From Proteromonas lacertae (Eukaryota), in assembly GCA_002245135.1 (NCBI GenBank), contig NGBS01000013.1, forward strand, positions 1-64,000: a stretch of 64,000 bases of DNA. The letters are read 5' to 3'. The notes beneath the pieces are model-generated. The model was not told the origin of the DNA, made no database searches, and saw only the letters and a list, made by a program, of their open reading frames with translations. The stretch's first letter is position 1. Each line of letters opens with the position of its first letter. Below are positions 28,565 to 42,136 of the stretch, one piece after another. Both the position numbers and the translations under genes were made by a program.

Positions 28565-28833
28565 GATAAGATTCTATGTAACCTTAATCTGAAGTTGAAA
28601 TATCTTTTGATTTAAAATTATTTAATAGAATTAATGACTGGTAAGTAGCTGAAAATGATTAGTTATAGTAATTTCAAATGATTAAATAATTACGATAGAA
28701 ATGAAATGGCTAAATTTTAAAATAGAGTTGTTAATTTGTATTTTGATATACTTGACAAACAACCTATATTTTAATATCAATATAATATAGTATATAATAA
28801 GAAATATATTAATTAAAACCAAAGGAAATGGAG

Positions 28834-30360
28834 TTATTCATTAACCATTCTTAGGTTTTTATTAGCAGGTCTACTTTTAGTAAATAAACATAATACACAT
28901 GTTTTTCTTACTTTCAATTCTTTACCATCAGCATCTATGAAATACCTCAATGGACGACAATGATTACCATTTTGACACTCATACAATTGTTCTTCTTCAA
29001 AACTCTCATCCTCAGCTATATCATCTCTCATATCAAATCTTTTAAGTATTTTTATTTTATAACATACTTTACAGTGATATTCATTATTTATAACACATTC
29101 ATGACAAATATAATCATCTTCATATCTTACTAAAAACAATCTACATATCATTCTATTACAACAGACACACTGCTCACTATTCTCTATATTATTAATGAAG
29201 GATATATATTCATTCTGCTTGTTTGTATCTCCTTTAAACTCATTCTGAATATTTGTTTCTTTTATTAATGGTTTTTTAAGATCTTCAATATTAACTATTC
29301 TTCTTCTATCTTCCCTTTTATATCTACTATCAGCATTTCCACGTTTCTTATCATATTTATCAGTGCAGTTACAAATATCATCATGATCATCATCATTATC
29401 TTTCTTGCTTTGTTTTATGTGTTTTCTTTTAACACCTTTATAGATAATTATTTCATCTTCCTTACATTCAACATAACTTTCACATATACTTCTTTTATTT
29501 GATATTGGTAGAGGAGGTTCTGTGGTATTATCTACTATATAATTTGATTTATTTACTACACTTCTACTTGCAAATGTAGAAAATAAATCTATTGCTTTTG
29601 TTGCATTTGCATAAGCTGAATTATGTTGATGTTGTTGTTGTATATTGCTTATATTCATTATTACTTCAAGTTTGCTTTGTATTTCACTTATAGCGTTACT
29701 TTCTTTTATATTTGGTGAATTTGGACAAGTACTATTAGTTATAATAGCATTTGTCCTTGCATATATACTTGCAATTGCTTTATCTAAATGTAATGGAGGA
29801 TCTTTAGTGTTTATTGTTGCATTTACTAATGAACATTCTTGTGGAGTGTTAAAAGCACTCTTTTCTATTAATTCTACACAAACTTGTGCAGATATCTGTA
29901 TTGGTGGAGGTAGTTCACTATCTTCTGCAGGTAATTGGCCAATGTCTTTATCTGGGTCATTTCCTCCAAATATGTGAAAATAATCATTATTTGCATTTTT
30001 ACTAGTAGATCTTTCACTATCTTTATTCTCATAAAGCACAAGTTTACCATCAATGTTTTCTTTATATAGAACGGGTAATATGTGATTTTCACTACTTTTA
30101 TCATACCATTCTCCGTTTATATTATCTGATAAATTATCATTAAAGGTTGTACTGCTGATTATGTCCTCTTTCTTTTCGTCGCCTGGATCTACCCCAGATT
30201 TGTTCATATCGTCAAATATATTGATTAATGCATCAGCAACTGTCTTTATAGAGTTTGTTGATTTGTTAAAGTAATCATAAACTACTATTTGATTATTGTT
30301 ATCTACATTATCAGCATGTTGTAATGCATCCTCTACATTTCCATGGCTAGAAAGTATCAT
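28834..30360 (-). CDS. Hypothetical protein with C-terminal Cys/His-rich domain, paralog B
   Basis: 508-aa ORF with CVCC...CHEC...CQNGNHCRPL...CVLC and the shared DIAE.E.F motif. Confidence 0.7.
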   Translation of the reverse strand: MILSSHGNVEDALQHADNVDNNNQIVVYDYFNKSTNSIKTVADALINIFDDMNKSGVDPGDEKKEDIISSTTFNDNLSDNINGEWYDKSSENHILPVLYKENIDGKLVLYENKDSERSTSKNANNDYFHIFGGNDPDKDIGQLPAEDSELPPPIQISAQVCVELIEKSAFNTPQECSLVNATINTKDPPLHLDKAIASIYARTNAIITNSTCPNSPNIKESNAISEIQSKLEVIMNISNIQQQHQHNSAYANATKAIDLFSTFASRSVVNKSNYIVDNTTEPPLPISNKRSICESYVECKEDEIIIYKGVKRKHIKQSKKDNDDDHDDICNCTDKYDKKRGNADSRYKREDRRRIVNIEDLKKPLIKETNIQNEFKGDTNKQNEYISFINNIENSEQCVCCNRMICRLFLVRYEDDYICHECVINNEYHCKVCYKIKILKRFDMRDDIAEDESFEEEQLYECQNGNHCRPLRYFIDADGKELKVRKTCVLCLFTKSRPANKNLRMVNE

Positions 30361-30593
30361 TAACCTTCTATTGTCAATTAAAAAATGAAATATTAATTAT
30401 CCAATAAAATCGAATCAGTTGAGACTAAAAAATTGTATATATATTCGTTTCATTTTTGTATGTAAATTATTATACTCTATTTTACTCCACTATGCTCTTA
30501 AAATAGTAGATAATTGTTAGATAAATAACTAATTCAACAACAAATAATTCATAAAATAAAAAAATGCGTTAATAATTAATAGCTTTATTTTAT

Positions 30594-31790
30594 TCATTTT
30601 CTATCACTTTCTTTCTTTCTTGCATATTCTTGACTTTTATATAATCTACACCATTTACAGTTGCTCATATATCGATATTCATCTCCACTTTCATTATACT
30701 TTATAAAATATTCAATTGGTCTTGCATGATGTTGTCTTTCACACTGATATAGTATTACATCTTCATTATCAAAATCCTCTTCTTCAGCTATATCAACTTT
30801 TAACCTTGTCAAATCAAATTTTTTCTTTATTCCACAACTCTTACAACATATATATCTATTATCCACAATTAATACTTCTAATTTGCTTATTATGTTCTTA
30901 CAATAAAAACATTCTCTCATATTCTTTGGATTATTTATCAATAACTGATATTTTACTTTATCTTCTTCAGAAACTGGATTGTTTTGTATTTAATTTTATA
31001 CCTTTTGGATATTTACTATTGATACTTTTACAGGTTTTATTTCTGCTTATTTTCTTCTTCTTCTTCTTCTTTATAGGTTGTTGTTCTTCATCATTATATT
31101 CATATTTATATTCATTTACTTGCTTTCGTTTTACTTTTGTTTCTTTTTGTATGATTAATGCGTTATTATTACTTGTTGTTGATGATGATATACATAAGTT
31201 GTAACTTGCAATTGCATTACCTAAGTATAAGGAATATCTTTAATATTACCACTTTCTTCTTCTTCTTCTTCTTCTTCCATTTTTTTTACTATTTGTTCTG
31301 TAGTATTGAAAATAATTACTTCTTCTTCTTGCTCTATTGTTTCAACAGTGCGTGATTGTTGTAGATAATATGAAATATCATCTACTGCGTTTAAATCGTC
31401 AAGTTCTTCTAAAAAATCATCTTTATTACTGTCATTCGTTTCTGATTTGATATGATTATTTTTCTTTGGATGCATTGGTATACTTTTTGTCACATTAATT
31501 ATATCTTCTGCTATTCTATGATCTACTTTCATACACCCCTCTCTACTGTTATAAAAAGGACTATCCAGGAAATCAGCTTCACTATAATATTTGAACGGAT
31601 GATGAGGTGAAATATGCATTGGATTATCCACTCTGTCATATTCATTTGGAGGTTCTTCCTTCTTATTTGTTGAATTGCTATAACGAAGATTCACAGCTTT
31701 AATCTCTAATGAATTGTTGATATTTGGTTGGATCTTCAACAATCCACCTTGATAATCATCTTGAAGCAGTTTATGCATTTCAAAATTCAT
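30594..31790 (-). pseudogene. Paralog C of the Cys/His-rich family, two frameshifts
   Basis: N-part GLLKIQPNI and LEELDDLN resembles paralog A. The middle LGNAIAS resembles paralog B LDKAIAS. C-part CFYC...CCKSC...DIAEEEDF...CERQHHARPI...CKWC. Confidence 0.6.
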
Positions 31791-32086
31791 TGAAACTTCA
31801 ATTATTTTGTTTCTTTGCTTATTTTATATAAATATGATAGAACTAATGATTCAACAGTTGTTCAAAATAACCTGTTATTGAAATATTCAATAAATTTGAT
31901 AATTATGATGAATCGAAACGAATATATTTTTTAAAACAAAATTAAATTGTGAAAATTTAAAAGAATAAATCACTATTTTGCATGTACTCTGTGTATAAAT
32001 AATATGTTGAAGTTTATCATTTTATTTATTAACTTGTACATCTTTCTTCTTCATCGTTATAAGGAAATTTTTATTTTATTGTATAC

Positions 32087-32614
32087 TAGATAATATTAAT
32101 GATTTGAAGAGAATGAATAAGAAACTGAAAGGATATAAATGAAATACTATAATATTTTTGAAACTTTTTTCGTTGAATTAATTCCCCAAAATATTAAAAT
32201 TTATGGTTTTGACCTAACTAGGGTATTATTGTTTGTTGTTAATATTCATATTAATGATTTTTAATATTACATAGTAGAATACAAGTGGAAATGGGAATAT
32301 ATTTGGTCATGAACACCGTTTGGTTGCTGTTAGTAGCAAGGAAGAAATTATAGAATTTTATACTGTTATTGAATAAATAGAATTAATTAAGTGGTGAATG
32401 TATTATATTGATGACTTCAATCATCAATCATGTCTTTTCCTGGTTGAAAGTGTAAATTAAGTAAAACATTACAATAATCATACATACAAATCGCATATTT
32501 CCCATTGAAACTCTCAAAATATGAAAAAATGAAAATATTTAAACATTATTTCAACAATTTCAAAAATGATAAAATCAATATTTAGAGTGATTGTGATTAT
32601 ATTATTAACTGAAA
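32087..32614 (+). repeat. Inverted duplicate of 22659-23186
   Basis: For example gatttgaagagaatgaataagaaactgaaaggatataaatgaaa is the reverse complement of ~23130-23172. Confidence 0.85.
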
Positions 32615-34956
32615 GTTGTGGTAGTGTATTAACAAAATCATCTCGACTAGATAGGCAAAAGTTAGTATATAATTTTAATATAAATACATAGCTTTCAACT
32701 GAAATGGACATGTATTGCAGTGATGGTCATGAGAGCGATAAAATAGTTGCAGAAGGTATTTTAGTAGAGTATATACAGTTCTATTATTTTCTTCTAGAAA
32801 TGATTTTAGTTATCCTCCAAAGAATGAAATTTATGATACATTATCTTATTTTGATTGTTATTATGAGATGATCAGTAAAACTAAGCCAATATATCATTTT
32901 GATTTGATTTTTTAAAGATTTATATATATCCTTCATTATGTTTTACAAGAAATAAGATATCTAATGTAAAAGATAATAAATACAAAGGTATTTTTTCAAT
33001 TAACTATGGATGTAAAAATACTAAAACAGTAACAGTTAAAATCCTAATGTCATTGATATTAGAAGATAAATATAATTTTGTATTTGATTTAGTTGTAAAT
33101 AAGAGTTGTACTTTTGTAGGTATGAGAGATGAGAATATATATATAGTATTGTTATTATGTTATATAGTGATAATAGCATAATGAAGCTATTAATAATACA
33201 ATTTCACATGAAGGTTTAATTAATCCAATTTTTGATCCTTCTAATGAAGATTTATATATAGATAATGTTGGTTCAATAACAAGCATATTATTAAGTGGTA
33301 AAGTATCATATAACATGTGTTGTGAATTAAAGGATTTTAACTATGATGAAATAAAAATAGAGAAAGTATATAATAATCGAGATGATAATATAAATGAAAT
33401 TAGAATTGTATTTTCAGGTGAACCAAAAAGATATAAAGTAACTGTTAGATGTAGTTATTATTATGGAATTGAATTTTCATTCATTAAAGATTATAGAGTA
33501 GGTCCAATTCATGGTTTTGATGTTGTAATGGATGAAAGTAATTTTGTTTCATATAATAAGGTAATAACTGATGGAGTAGTTAAATTTCCATATTCAAAGA
33601 ATGCTGAAAAAAATATAACATTAGAAAGTAGCCAAATTTATTTAATTTTGCATATTCGAGTATTAAATATATTTAAATATTATATCAATAGAGTCATTAT
33701 GGAAAAACAAATATTACATATCCAGTAATAAGAGGCGATGATATGGATGTAAGAATAATAGAAGAATCATCCAAAATAATGAGTATTGGAAAAGACAATA
33801 AAAAGTTAATAATTTATCACAAATGTAATGAAAATGGAATAAAAAGAGTAAGAGTATCGTTTGATGTATTATCTACAGAAGCTAAAACAGTTGATTCATT
33901 ACCCAAGTTTTCTTTTGGATATAACAAAGAATGTAAATTATCTAAAAAATATCCAATTACTATAACTTCATATGATTGTGAGGATTCAAAATCTGATAGT
34001 TATGTAGTAAAGAATGGAATTGTATTACCTGATTATACACATGGAAATAATTCAGTGAAAGTAAATTGGGATGAAATTAAATCTCATTATTATATGGAAA
34101 ATGAAGGAGATGAAGATTTGGTAATATCACATCCAAGAATTATAACTGGAGTATATTATGATAGTCTTAAAGCTAAAATAAGTTTAGTTAATTATAAAGG
34201 TGAAAAAAAAATAACTTTAAGCAAAGAAAATAGAAGAGGAGAATTGATAATAGATTATAAATGTAGTGTAGATGGTGAATTTGAAGTAATAATAGAGATA
34301 TTAGTAGAAAACACTCCAATCACATTTAGTTTGATTAAAATTTGTAAAAAAGATATATTTTTATATGCTGTTAAAACGAATCATTTTATATCATTTTTAT
34401 AATATATATTTTATATTTCTTTTTTAACTCCTAATCTTCAAGATTTACATAAGTATACATGTTATTACGATTACTATGAAGATTATGTAGTATACAATGG
34501 TTATGTACAGGAAGATTGGTATTCAGCCAATCCATATCCATGTGATGAAAAAACATATCATTTTGTTATATCTTTTTTTAAAATAGATAAACCGTATTAG
34601 TAATTGCTTAATTTATTTTAAGCAAATAAATCAGTAGAATATGAAGTGATCGATAAACCTTATGCAATATCAAACAAAGTATTTGTGAAGTTAAAGTAAG
34701 TGGATCAATATTGCATGTTAAGAAATTGAGTGATAAAACAAAATAATTGACATTAAAATTAAATGTAAAGGAAATGGAACTGTAAGAATAGATGTGGTAT
34801 ATAAAATTGGTAGAAGAGATAGAATTAATAACTCAACTATATTTTCGATATTGAAGGATTGTACATAAAAAAAGAGAAGTGAATAAGATTCACTATTTTG
34901 CTATTCCTTCGCTGGCTCTAGTTGTTGTTTTATATATTTTATTATTTATTATTTAA
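32566..34956 (+). CDS. Putative type-I membrane/surface repeat protein, copy 2 (multi-exon; some frame disruptions)
   Basis: Same start MIKSIFRVIVIILLTE. Shared blocks FSGE, GP..GFDV, HKCNENGIKRV, ENEG.EDLVIS.P, ENTP.TFS.IK.C and HYFAIPS. Confidence 0.65.
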
Positions 34957-35431
34957 TAAAGTTATTTAATATGTTTTTATACCTCTAATAACAGTAAAGC
35001 TATATATTTGTAAAATTGATTGATTTGCCCCATTCTTACAGCAATTAAAAAAATAATTATATATATAAACATATGTCATTTCAGTTTTTAAAAGAACAAA
35101 ATAAGAATAAACAATTTAATCTATAATGATTGTAATAGTTATAATGATGACAATGAAGAAAATGAAAATAGAAAGATATTTGATAATAATAAGAGTATAG
35201 ATATTTTAAAGAATGGTCGAAATAATGTTAGTAATGAAATTAAAGAAAACTCAAATTTGAGAGCTTTATCAGTTTAATATTTATTATGTTATGTTTTCTG
35301 TACGGATTATCTTAATTGATCATAATTTTTAATAGTAATTTTCACAGTTTATGTAAATATGAAGTATTTACATAAAAAAACATTTAAAAAATATTTGGCT
35401 TGATAGATTTTGAGATTAAAATTTCTTAAGA

Positions 35432-37482
35432 ATGGAAGAATTTGAAAGTATAAGGGATGAATATTCTGTATATTTTACTGTTGTTTAATATGAAATAGTT
35501 GATAAGAGTGATAAAGAAGAGTGATTTAAGTGTTTTGTTGGAAGTTAAAAAAAAGAATAGTAATGATATAAAATATGTGAAGATATATAACAGAGATAAA
35601 ATGATTTTGAGGTGTCTGGATCGTTTTGTTGAATCACTAGAGAAATCGAGTAATTTGAGAGTGAGCAATGTATTGATATATGATAAATACATAATTACCG
35701 AAAAATATGTGATATTGATAATGAAAAAATATGAGAGTAACTTAGAAGAGTTAATGTTTAAGAAAGAGTTAAAAGAGATAGAAATCAATGAGATAATGTT
35801 AAAATTGATAAAAGCGATAAAGACACTGGAAGAAAATGGTATGATATATAACAATATCAAGCTGAATAATATCTTGTTTGATGAAGAAGGAGATATAATA
35901 ATAGTTGATAATTTAAAATATTTGTTATTGAAAGACAGATTAAATGATATAAAAAGAGATATGGATGAGATAATATATTTAAGTCCAGAAATATTGAAAG
36001 ATGGAGAAATGAATGTTGCAAGTGATATATGGAATATAGGAATAATCTATTATAGATTATTAAGAAAAGAAATTCCATTTAAAACCAATTCAATATCTGA
36101 TTTAATAGAATCCATAACAGAATTTAAATATGAAAATAATGATAAACTAAACTATAGATACAATAATATATTATGTAGATTATTAGCAGTGGAAAAGTAT
36201 AATCGAATGACAATAGAAGAATTAATATTCAGAATTAGAGTTAATGTTATTATTGAATTATTGAAGAATAAAGAAAAAGAAAAAGCGAATGAAATGATGG
36301 TAGAAATGAGAGAAAACAATTCACAAAAAGAAAACTGTGAAATGAATGAGATAATAGGAGATTATTATTATGAAAATGTATATTGTTATATATGATGAAA
36401 TAAATAGAAAGAATACAGAGAAGCAATTCCATATTACGAAAATGGATTAGAATATGCTTTAACAAATGATCATAAAAAATATTGTTATAATAGTTTAGGA
36501 TGTTGTTATTTTGAATTAGTATTTATAGATTGATATATAGCGTAGAATGAATATCAAAAATCAATTCAATATTATAAAAAATCGTTATTATTTTCTACAT
36601 TAAATGAAGAAAAAGAAATAAATAATCATGGTATAGGAAAATGTTATTATAAAATTGTATATATATAATAATTATTCATTAGCATCGTTATATGGAAGCA
36701 ATTATATATTATAAAATTGCATTAGAATATTCATCAAGAAATGAAGATAAAGAATATAATAATAGAATGATAGGCAAATGTTATTACTATTCAGTATGTT
36801 AATCATTGTAATAATAAATAGAAAGAATATAGAGAAACAATTCCTTACTTTAAAATTGCCTTAGAATATTCATCAACAAATGAAGAAAAAGCATGTAATA
36901 ATAATTGGTTAGCTTATTGTTATTATATTTTAGTATATTCACCATTGTAATATTAAGTAGAAAGAATATAATATTGCAGTTCCATATTATAAAACTTCAA
37001 TTGAATATTCTTCTACAAATGAAAAAATACATATATATAACCGAAATCTTGGTAATTGTTATTTTAATTTAGTATATTTATTATTGTAATAATTAACTAG
37101 AAAGAATATGAAGAAGCATTGAAATATTATAGTACTTCATTAGATTATTTAGAAAATGAAAAAGATAAAAATCTAGTAAAGGTAGATATAGCAGAATGTT
37201 ATTTAGAATTAGGAAATAAAGAAAAGACAATTTCATATTTGAATGAAGTAAAAGATGAATTATGTGATGATGAAACAAAATATTGGTATAATAAAGTAAT
37301 GGGAAAATATTATCTTCAAATTGTATTATTTGATAATTGATATATGATATAAATAGAAAGAAAAAGAAAAGAGTAAAGAATATTTAGAAGAATCATTAAA
37401 ATATGTAGATAGTCAAAGAAATGATGATGAAGAGAAAGAAAAAATAAACAAATTGCTAAAAGATTTAAACATAATGAATTAA
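35432..37482 (+). CDS. Pseudokinase followed by a TPR-repeat array (multi-exon)
   Basis: Kinase fold with degenerate catalytic loop YNNIKLNNIL, YLSPEIL and SDIWNIG. Successive exons encode TPR motifs (EAIPYYENGLEY...YNSLGCCYFEL). Confidence 0.78.
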
Positions 37483-37691
37483 TAATTAAAAATAATTATT
37501 ATTCAAATCCTTTCTGTAATTTGGGATTTTTGTTGAATGATATATTCGTAATTAGAAAAAATCGCTTTAAAAGTCCCACATATTACATTCATTTATAATT
37601 TTTATTTTTTACCATAGACAAACATTGAGCAATCTACCAAAACAAACAAATATCATAACAAATTACATTAGATTAAACAATAAAATACTTT

Positions 37692-40600
37692 CTAAAATTC
37701 ACTATCCCAATTTGAAGTTGATCCTTCATAATGTGGTACTTCCTCTTCAGGATCATTACATCCAAAATTAGAATAATCTACTTCATCTTTCACTGGAGGA
37801 ATCCAAGGCACATCGTATTTCTTCTTCATTAATCTTTTCCAGTCAATATCTTTAAACCAAATATTATCTTTTATATCTCTAACACCTCTTCTTAAACATC
37901 CCATTCGACGGTTCACATCAACTGTCAATAACTTTTGAATTAAATCTCTAGCTGCAAAATCGAAGAATTTTGGTGGAAATTCTAGTACGCCTTCTGTAAT
38001 CTTTTGGAATAATCGATCTTCTTGTTGTGCTCTGAATGGTGCATGACCACATAACATTTCATAGATTAATATGCCAAATGCCCAAATATCGCACGATCTG
38101 TTGTAGCCTTTACCTGTTAATACTTCTGGAGCTAAATATTCAGGTGTACCGCATAATGTATAAGTTTTATCTCTTATTTCTTTAGCAAAACCAAAATCTA
38201 TCATTTTGATATAACCTTGAGTATCAATTAAGATATTTTCTGGTTTTAAATCACGATGGACTATTCTTTTACCATGGATATATTCTAATATTGATAAGAC
38301 AGAAGCAGCATAGAATTGAGCTTTAATTGGCCTTAATCGATGTCTAATAAACAATTTAAAATAATAATTATTATAATATATATATATATATACTTAGGTG
38401 TTCTTCTTAATAAACCATATAGCTCACCACCTTGAGCATATTCCGTCAACATATACACTTTCTCACTGTCTTGGAAAGTTCTATATAATTTCAATATAAA
38501 TGGATGATCTAAAGATAATAATATATTCTTCTCATTTACTACAGCTATTTCTTGTTTTTTGTCAACTATTGTGTATTTATGCATTGCTTTTAATGCATAA
38601 ATATCATTTGATTGTGGATTTTTTACTAGTGTAACTCGACCTAATACTCCAGTTCCTAGTAAGGCAACTGTTTCTAGTTTATCTAAGGTGAGTGATTTCA
38701 TTTTGTCATTTACTTGAGATTGTTCTCTCAAATCATCGGCTTGACGTTTTTGAGATGCGCTTTCTTGAAGTTTTGACTATTGTTAATAATAATAAGAAGA
38801 AGTAAATTGATAGAAAAAAAAGAGGGAAAAAAAAGATAAGAGATAAATAATAATAATAATAATATATATATAATACTAATATTGGTGCAAACAATGTGCT
38901 AAACTCCTTCGCTCCCAATACAAATACATCCACTTCAGTCTCAGCAATGGCATTGGCAGTTCTCAAATCATTCGTTACCAATGCAATTTCACCTAAATAA
39001 CTACCATTACCACACTTACTAATAGGAATTTGACCAGTTGGAGTATTCTTCGTTATATTTACACATCCTTCACTTATTATAAAGAACTCATTACCTTGTG
39101 TACCTTCTTCAATTAAATATTCACCTTTGGAATATTTCCTTCGTCTTAAAGCATGTGCTAATGATTCAATTTCTGTATTAGAAAGTGATCTAAATAGTGG
39201 AACTGATCTGAGAGTTCTAGTTACAGAATGTTGACCCATAATATCTTTCAAAGGACCAAACAGTTTGATGAATGATTGTCGATCTAATGTATAACATGTT
39301 ACAGTAGTTACTGCTATTACATTAGCTGTTCTTCTATCTTGGGAGTATAAAGCTAATTCTCCAAAGTAACTACCTTCATCTTCAATCTTTCGAATGAATT
39401 GTTCGATTGGTTGTCCATCTTTGTCGACAGTTTTAGTAACGTCACATATTCCGCCATGTAAAATATAAAACTTATCACCAATTTCTCCTTGTCGAATTAT
39501 ATAACTACCTGAAGTATAAGTTTCTAATACAAAAGCTTCATCTAATTGTTCTAATTCCTGATAACTCAAATATTGTAACAATGGTATAGATAATAACGCT
39601 TTTAATCGATTATTATGATCGATCACATCACCGATATCACCGACTACTCGAACAAAATCGTTGTAATGTACAGTGATGCATGTTAAGTTACTCGTTGCTC
39701 TTACTGTATAAGTGGGATTTTTATGTTGTAATGTTTCTTCACCAAAACTATCTTCTTCTTTGAGTTCAGTTTCTTTACCATTTCTGTCTTTGTATTTGGC
39801 TGTACCTTTCTGGATTATATAGATAGTGAAGTTCTTTGTATCTGGTGAGACTAAAATGTCATCTGTTTTGTATTCTTCCACTCTGACTACTTCTGCTACT
39901 GAGGCTAATTGCTCTTCAGTCAGTGATTTCAAACAATTCAAATTCTTCAAGTAATTTTGATAATTTGTTGATTCTTTTTCGGAGAGTTGTGCAACAATTG
40001 CTCTGAATGCAGCACGGTCTAATACCCAAACTTTGCTTGGCATAGAGCTCTGGACAGTGGCTGAACATGGACAATTATATAATAACGCTAATTCACCAAA
40101 TAACTCACCAGGACCTAGTTTATTTACCATAGCATTGCCTTTGGATTTTTCATAAATGCAAAATTCGCCTGATTCTATCACATAACAGTTATCACCCATA
40201 TTGCCTTCTATGATGATATTTGTACCTTTAGAAACTAATAAACAGTCCATTGAATCAATAATTGAATCTTCCATCTCTTTATCTAAGAATGAAAACAGAA
40301 AATGACTTTTTAATGCTTTGGATATCAATTCTCTTGTTTCTGGTGGTTTTCGATTGTGTTGTATTACACTCGGTATTGCTGATGTGGAAGGTCTTGATGG
40401 ACTAATACCCATTAATGGTTTTCTTTTTAAATCAACTTGTTGCAAATCAACGGGTGTTTGTGGAGCTAAATCATCTTCTTCTGCTGATTGTGAACATACA
40501 CTTTTTGTGGATCTGTCTGAAGAATTTACATAATTACTTCTATTTCAATAAATATGAAATTATAATTTAATATAAAATATATACGATGTTCTAGCAGGCA

Positions 40601-40844
40601 ATCTAAAACTGGTAGTAGTATGTAGATTCAAAATATTTGTTCCTTGCTGTTGTGGAGGTTGACCAAACTGGCTTTCAGTCTTACTATTATTGAATGATGT
40701 TCTTGATGTTCTTGATTTTCTTATTGATGTTCTAGGAGACATTTTTGATTCTAAAGGACGAGATTGTCTCATACCACCTCTGATTAAAGGATTATGCTTG
40801 TCATTGGACATTTTTATTGGTAAATTCACTCTTTCTAATGACAT
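37692..40844 (-). CDS. cGMP-dependent protein kinase-like (four cNMP-binding domains + AGC kinase)
   Basis: FGELALLYN, FGEETL, FGELALY...RTANV, LGEIAL...RTANA; kinase HRDLKPEN, DFGFAK, TLCGTPEYLAPE and an AGC tail. Confidence 0.85.
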
Positions 40845-40937
40845 TTTACCTCTATATTTTGAAAAAACAAAAACGAAACTTTTGTCAAGCCAAGCTTAAA
40901 AATTTATTAGAATTTTTGATAAAAAGATTTTAAGGTG

Positions 40938-42041
40938 ATGACTGATATAAAGAAACTAATAGTTAAAATACAAGAATTACAAGACTTACATGGAGTAGAT
41001 CTAGAAGATCCTGCAGCTAGAAAAGCTGCAGCAGATGTATGCTTACAAAAACAGAAAGAAGTTCAAAAAGGAATAAATAGCATTCGAGATGTATGAAGTT
41101 TTATAACTATTTTAATAGCTTGTTAAAAAGAGAAACGCCTTAGTTGATAGAGGTGGTAATAGAAGGTTAATTATAGAATTAAATTCAAATATAAGAAGAG
41201 AAATTAATACTGTTATAACTTCCTTTACAGAATTAAGTAAATTGATGGATAAAGAAATGAAAAAGAGAAGATCCAAATTAACACCAGATGAAAAGAAGTT
41301 CCGACAAGATATAGTTCAAGATCTATTAGATCAACTAGAAGAAATAAAAAAATCAGCAGATGAAAAAGTTTCAAGTATATTTCCTATAAATCATTAATAT
41401 TTTATACCATTATAATAGAACTGGATGAAAGAGATGAAGATTTCATGAGTGATGTAGGTGGAATCATCGAGATCAGAAACGTAGAAGAAGCAGTTCCACC
41501 AGGAGCAGGAACAGGTTTTGGAGCTGAATCAGGTGGTTCAAATATAACTCCACAACAACAACAAAAAATACCATTACTACCTAAGAATGCTAAAAATGCA
41601 TTAGTAGGAGGTGGGTCTTCAAATCCCTTCGGTGAGCCAGGCGGTGGTACTATTGATGCACCTACAGGTGGAGGTGGTGGTCCAGAATTAACTGATGAGC
41701 AAAGACAAGGCTTGGCACAGATTAAACAGAATGATCAGGAATTAGACGAGATGGTGAAGCAAATAGGTGATGGTTTGGATGTTTTATCAGTATTTTTGTG
41801 TTTTTTTATTGTATTATAGGATATAGCTAATACAATGGGTGATGAATTGAAGAAACAGTCAGATAAATTGGATCAAATAAATGAACATATGGATAAAACT
41901 CAAGATAAATTAGATCGTAATGTTAAAAAGGCTAAAGAGACGCTTGAAACTGCACAGGCTGAAGATCGTTTTTGTATCAATCTGATTCTTATTGTGGTTA
42001 TAATTGGGGTTGGAGTATTGATATACAATTTTGTAAAGTAA
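40938..42041 (+). CDS. Qc-SNARE / syntaxin-like protein
   Basis: Helical N-terminus, SNARE motif QNDQELDEM...MGDELKKQSDKLDQI and a C-terminal TM LILIVVIIGVGVLIY. Confidence 0.75.
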
Positions 42042-42136
42042 TTTGTGTTATATATATATATAATAAATTTTTATATGCTTGTTTAGTAAAAATGACATTT
42101 TAAAGACAAACAACCAACAAAAATTCGTTACAAAAT

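Noticed and set aside
36408..37100. ~139-bp periodicity resembling a CRISPR-like array
   Set aside because: Explained by TPR exon/intron units; eukaryotic context and no cas genes.
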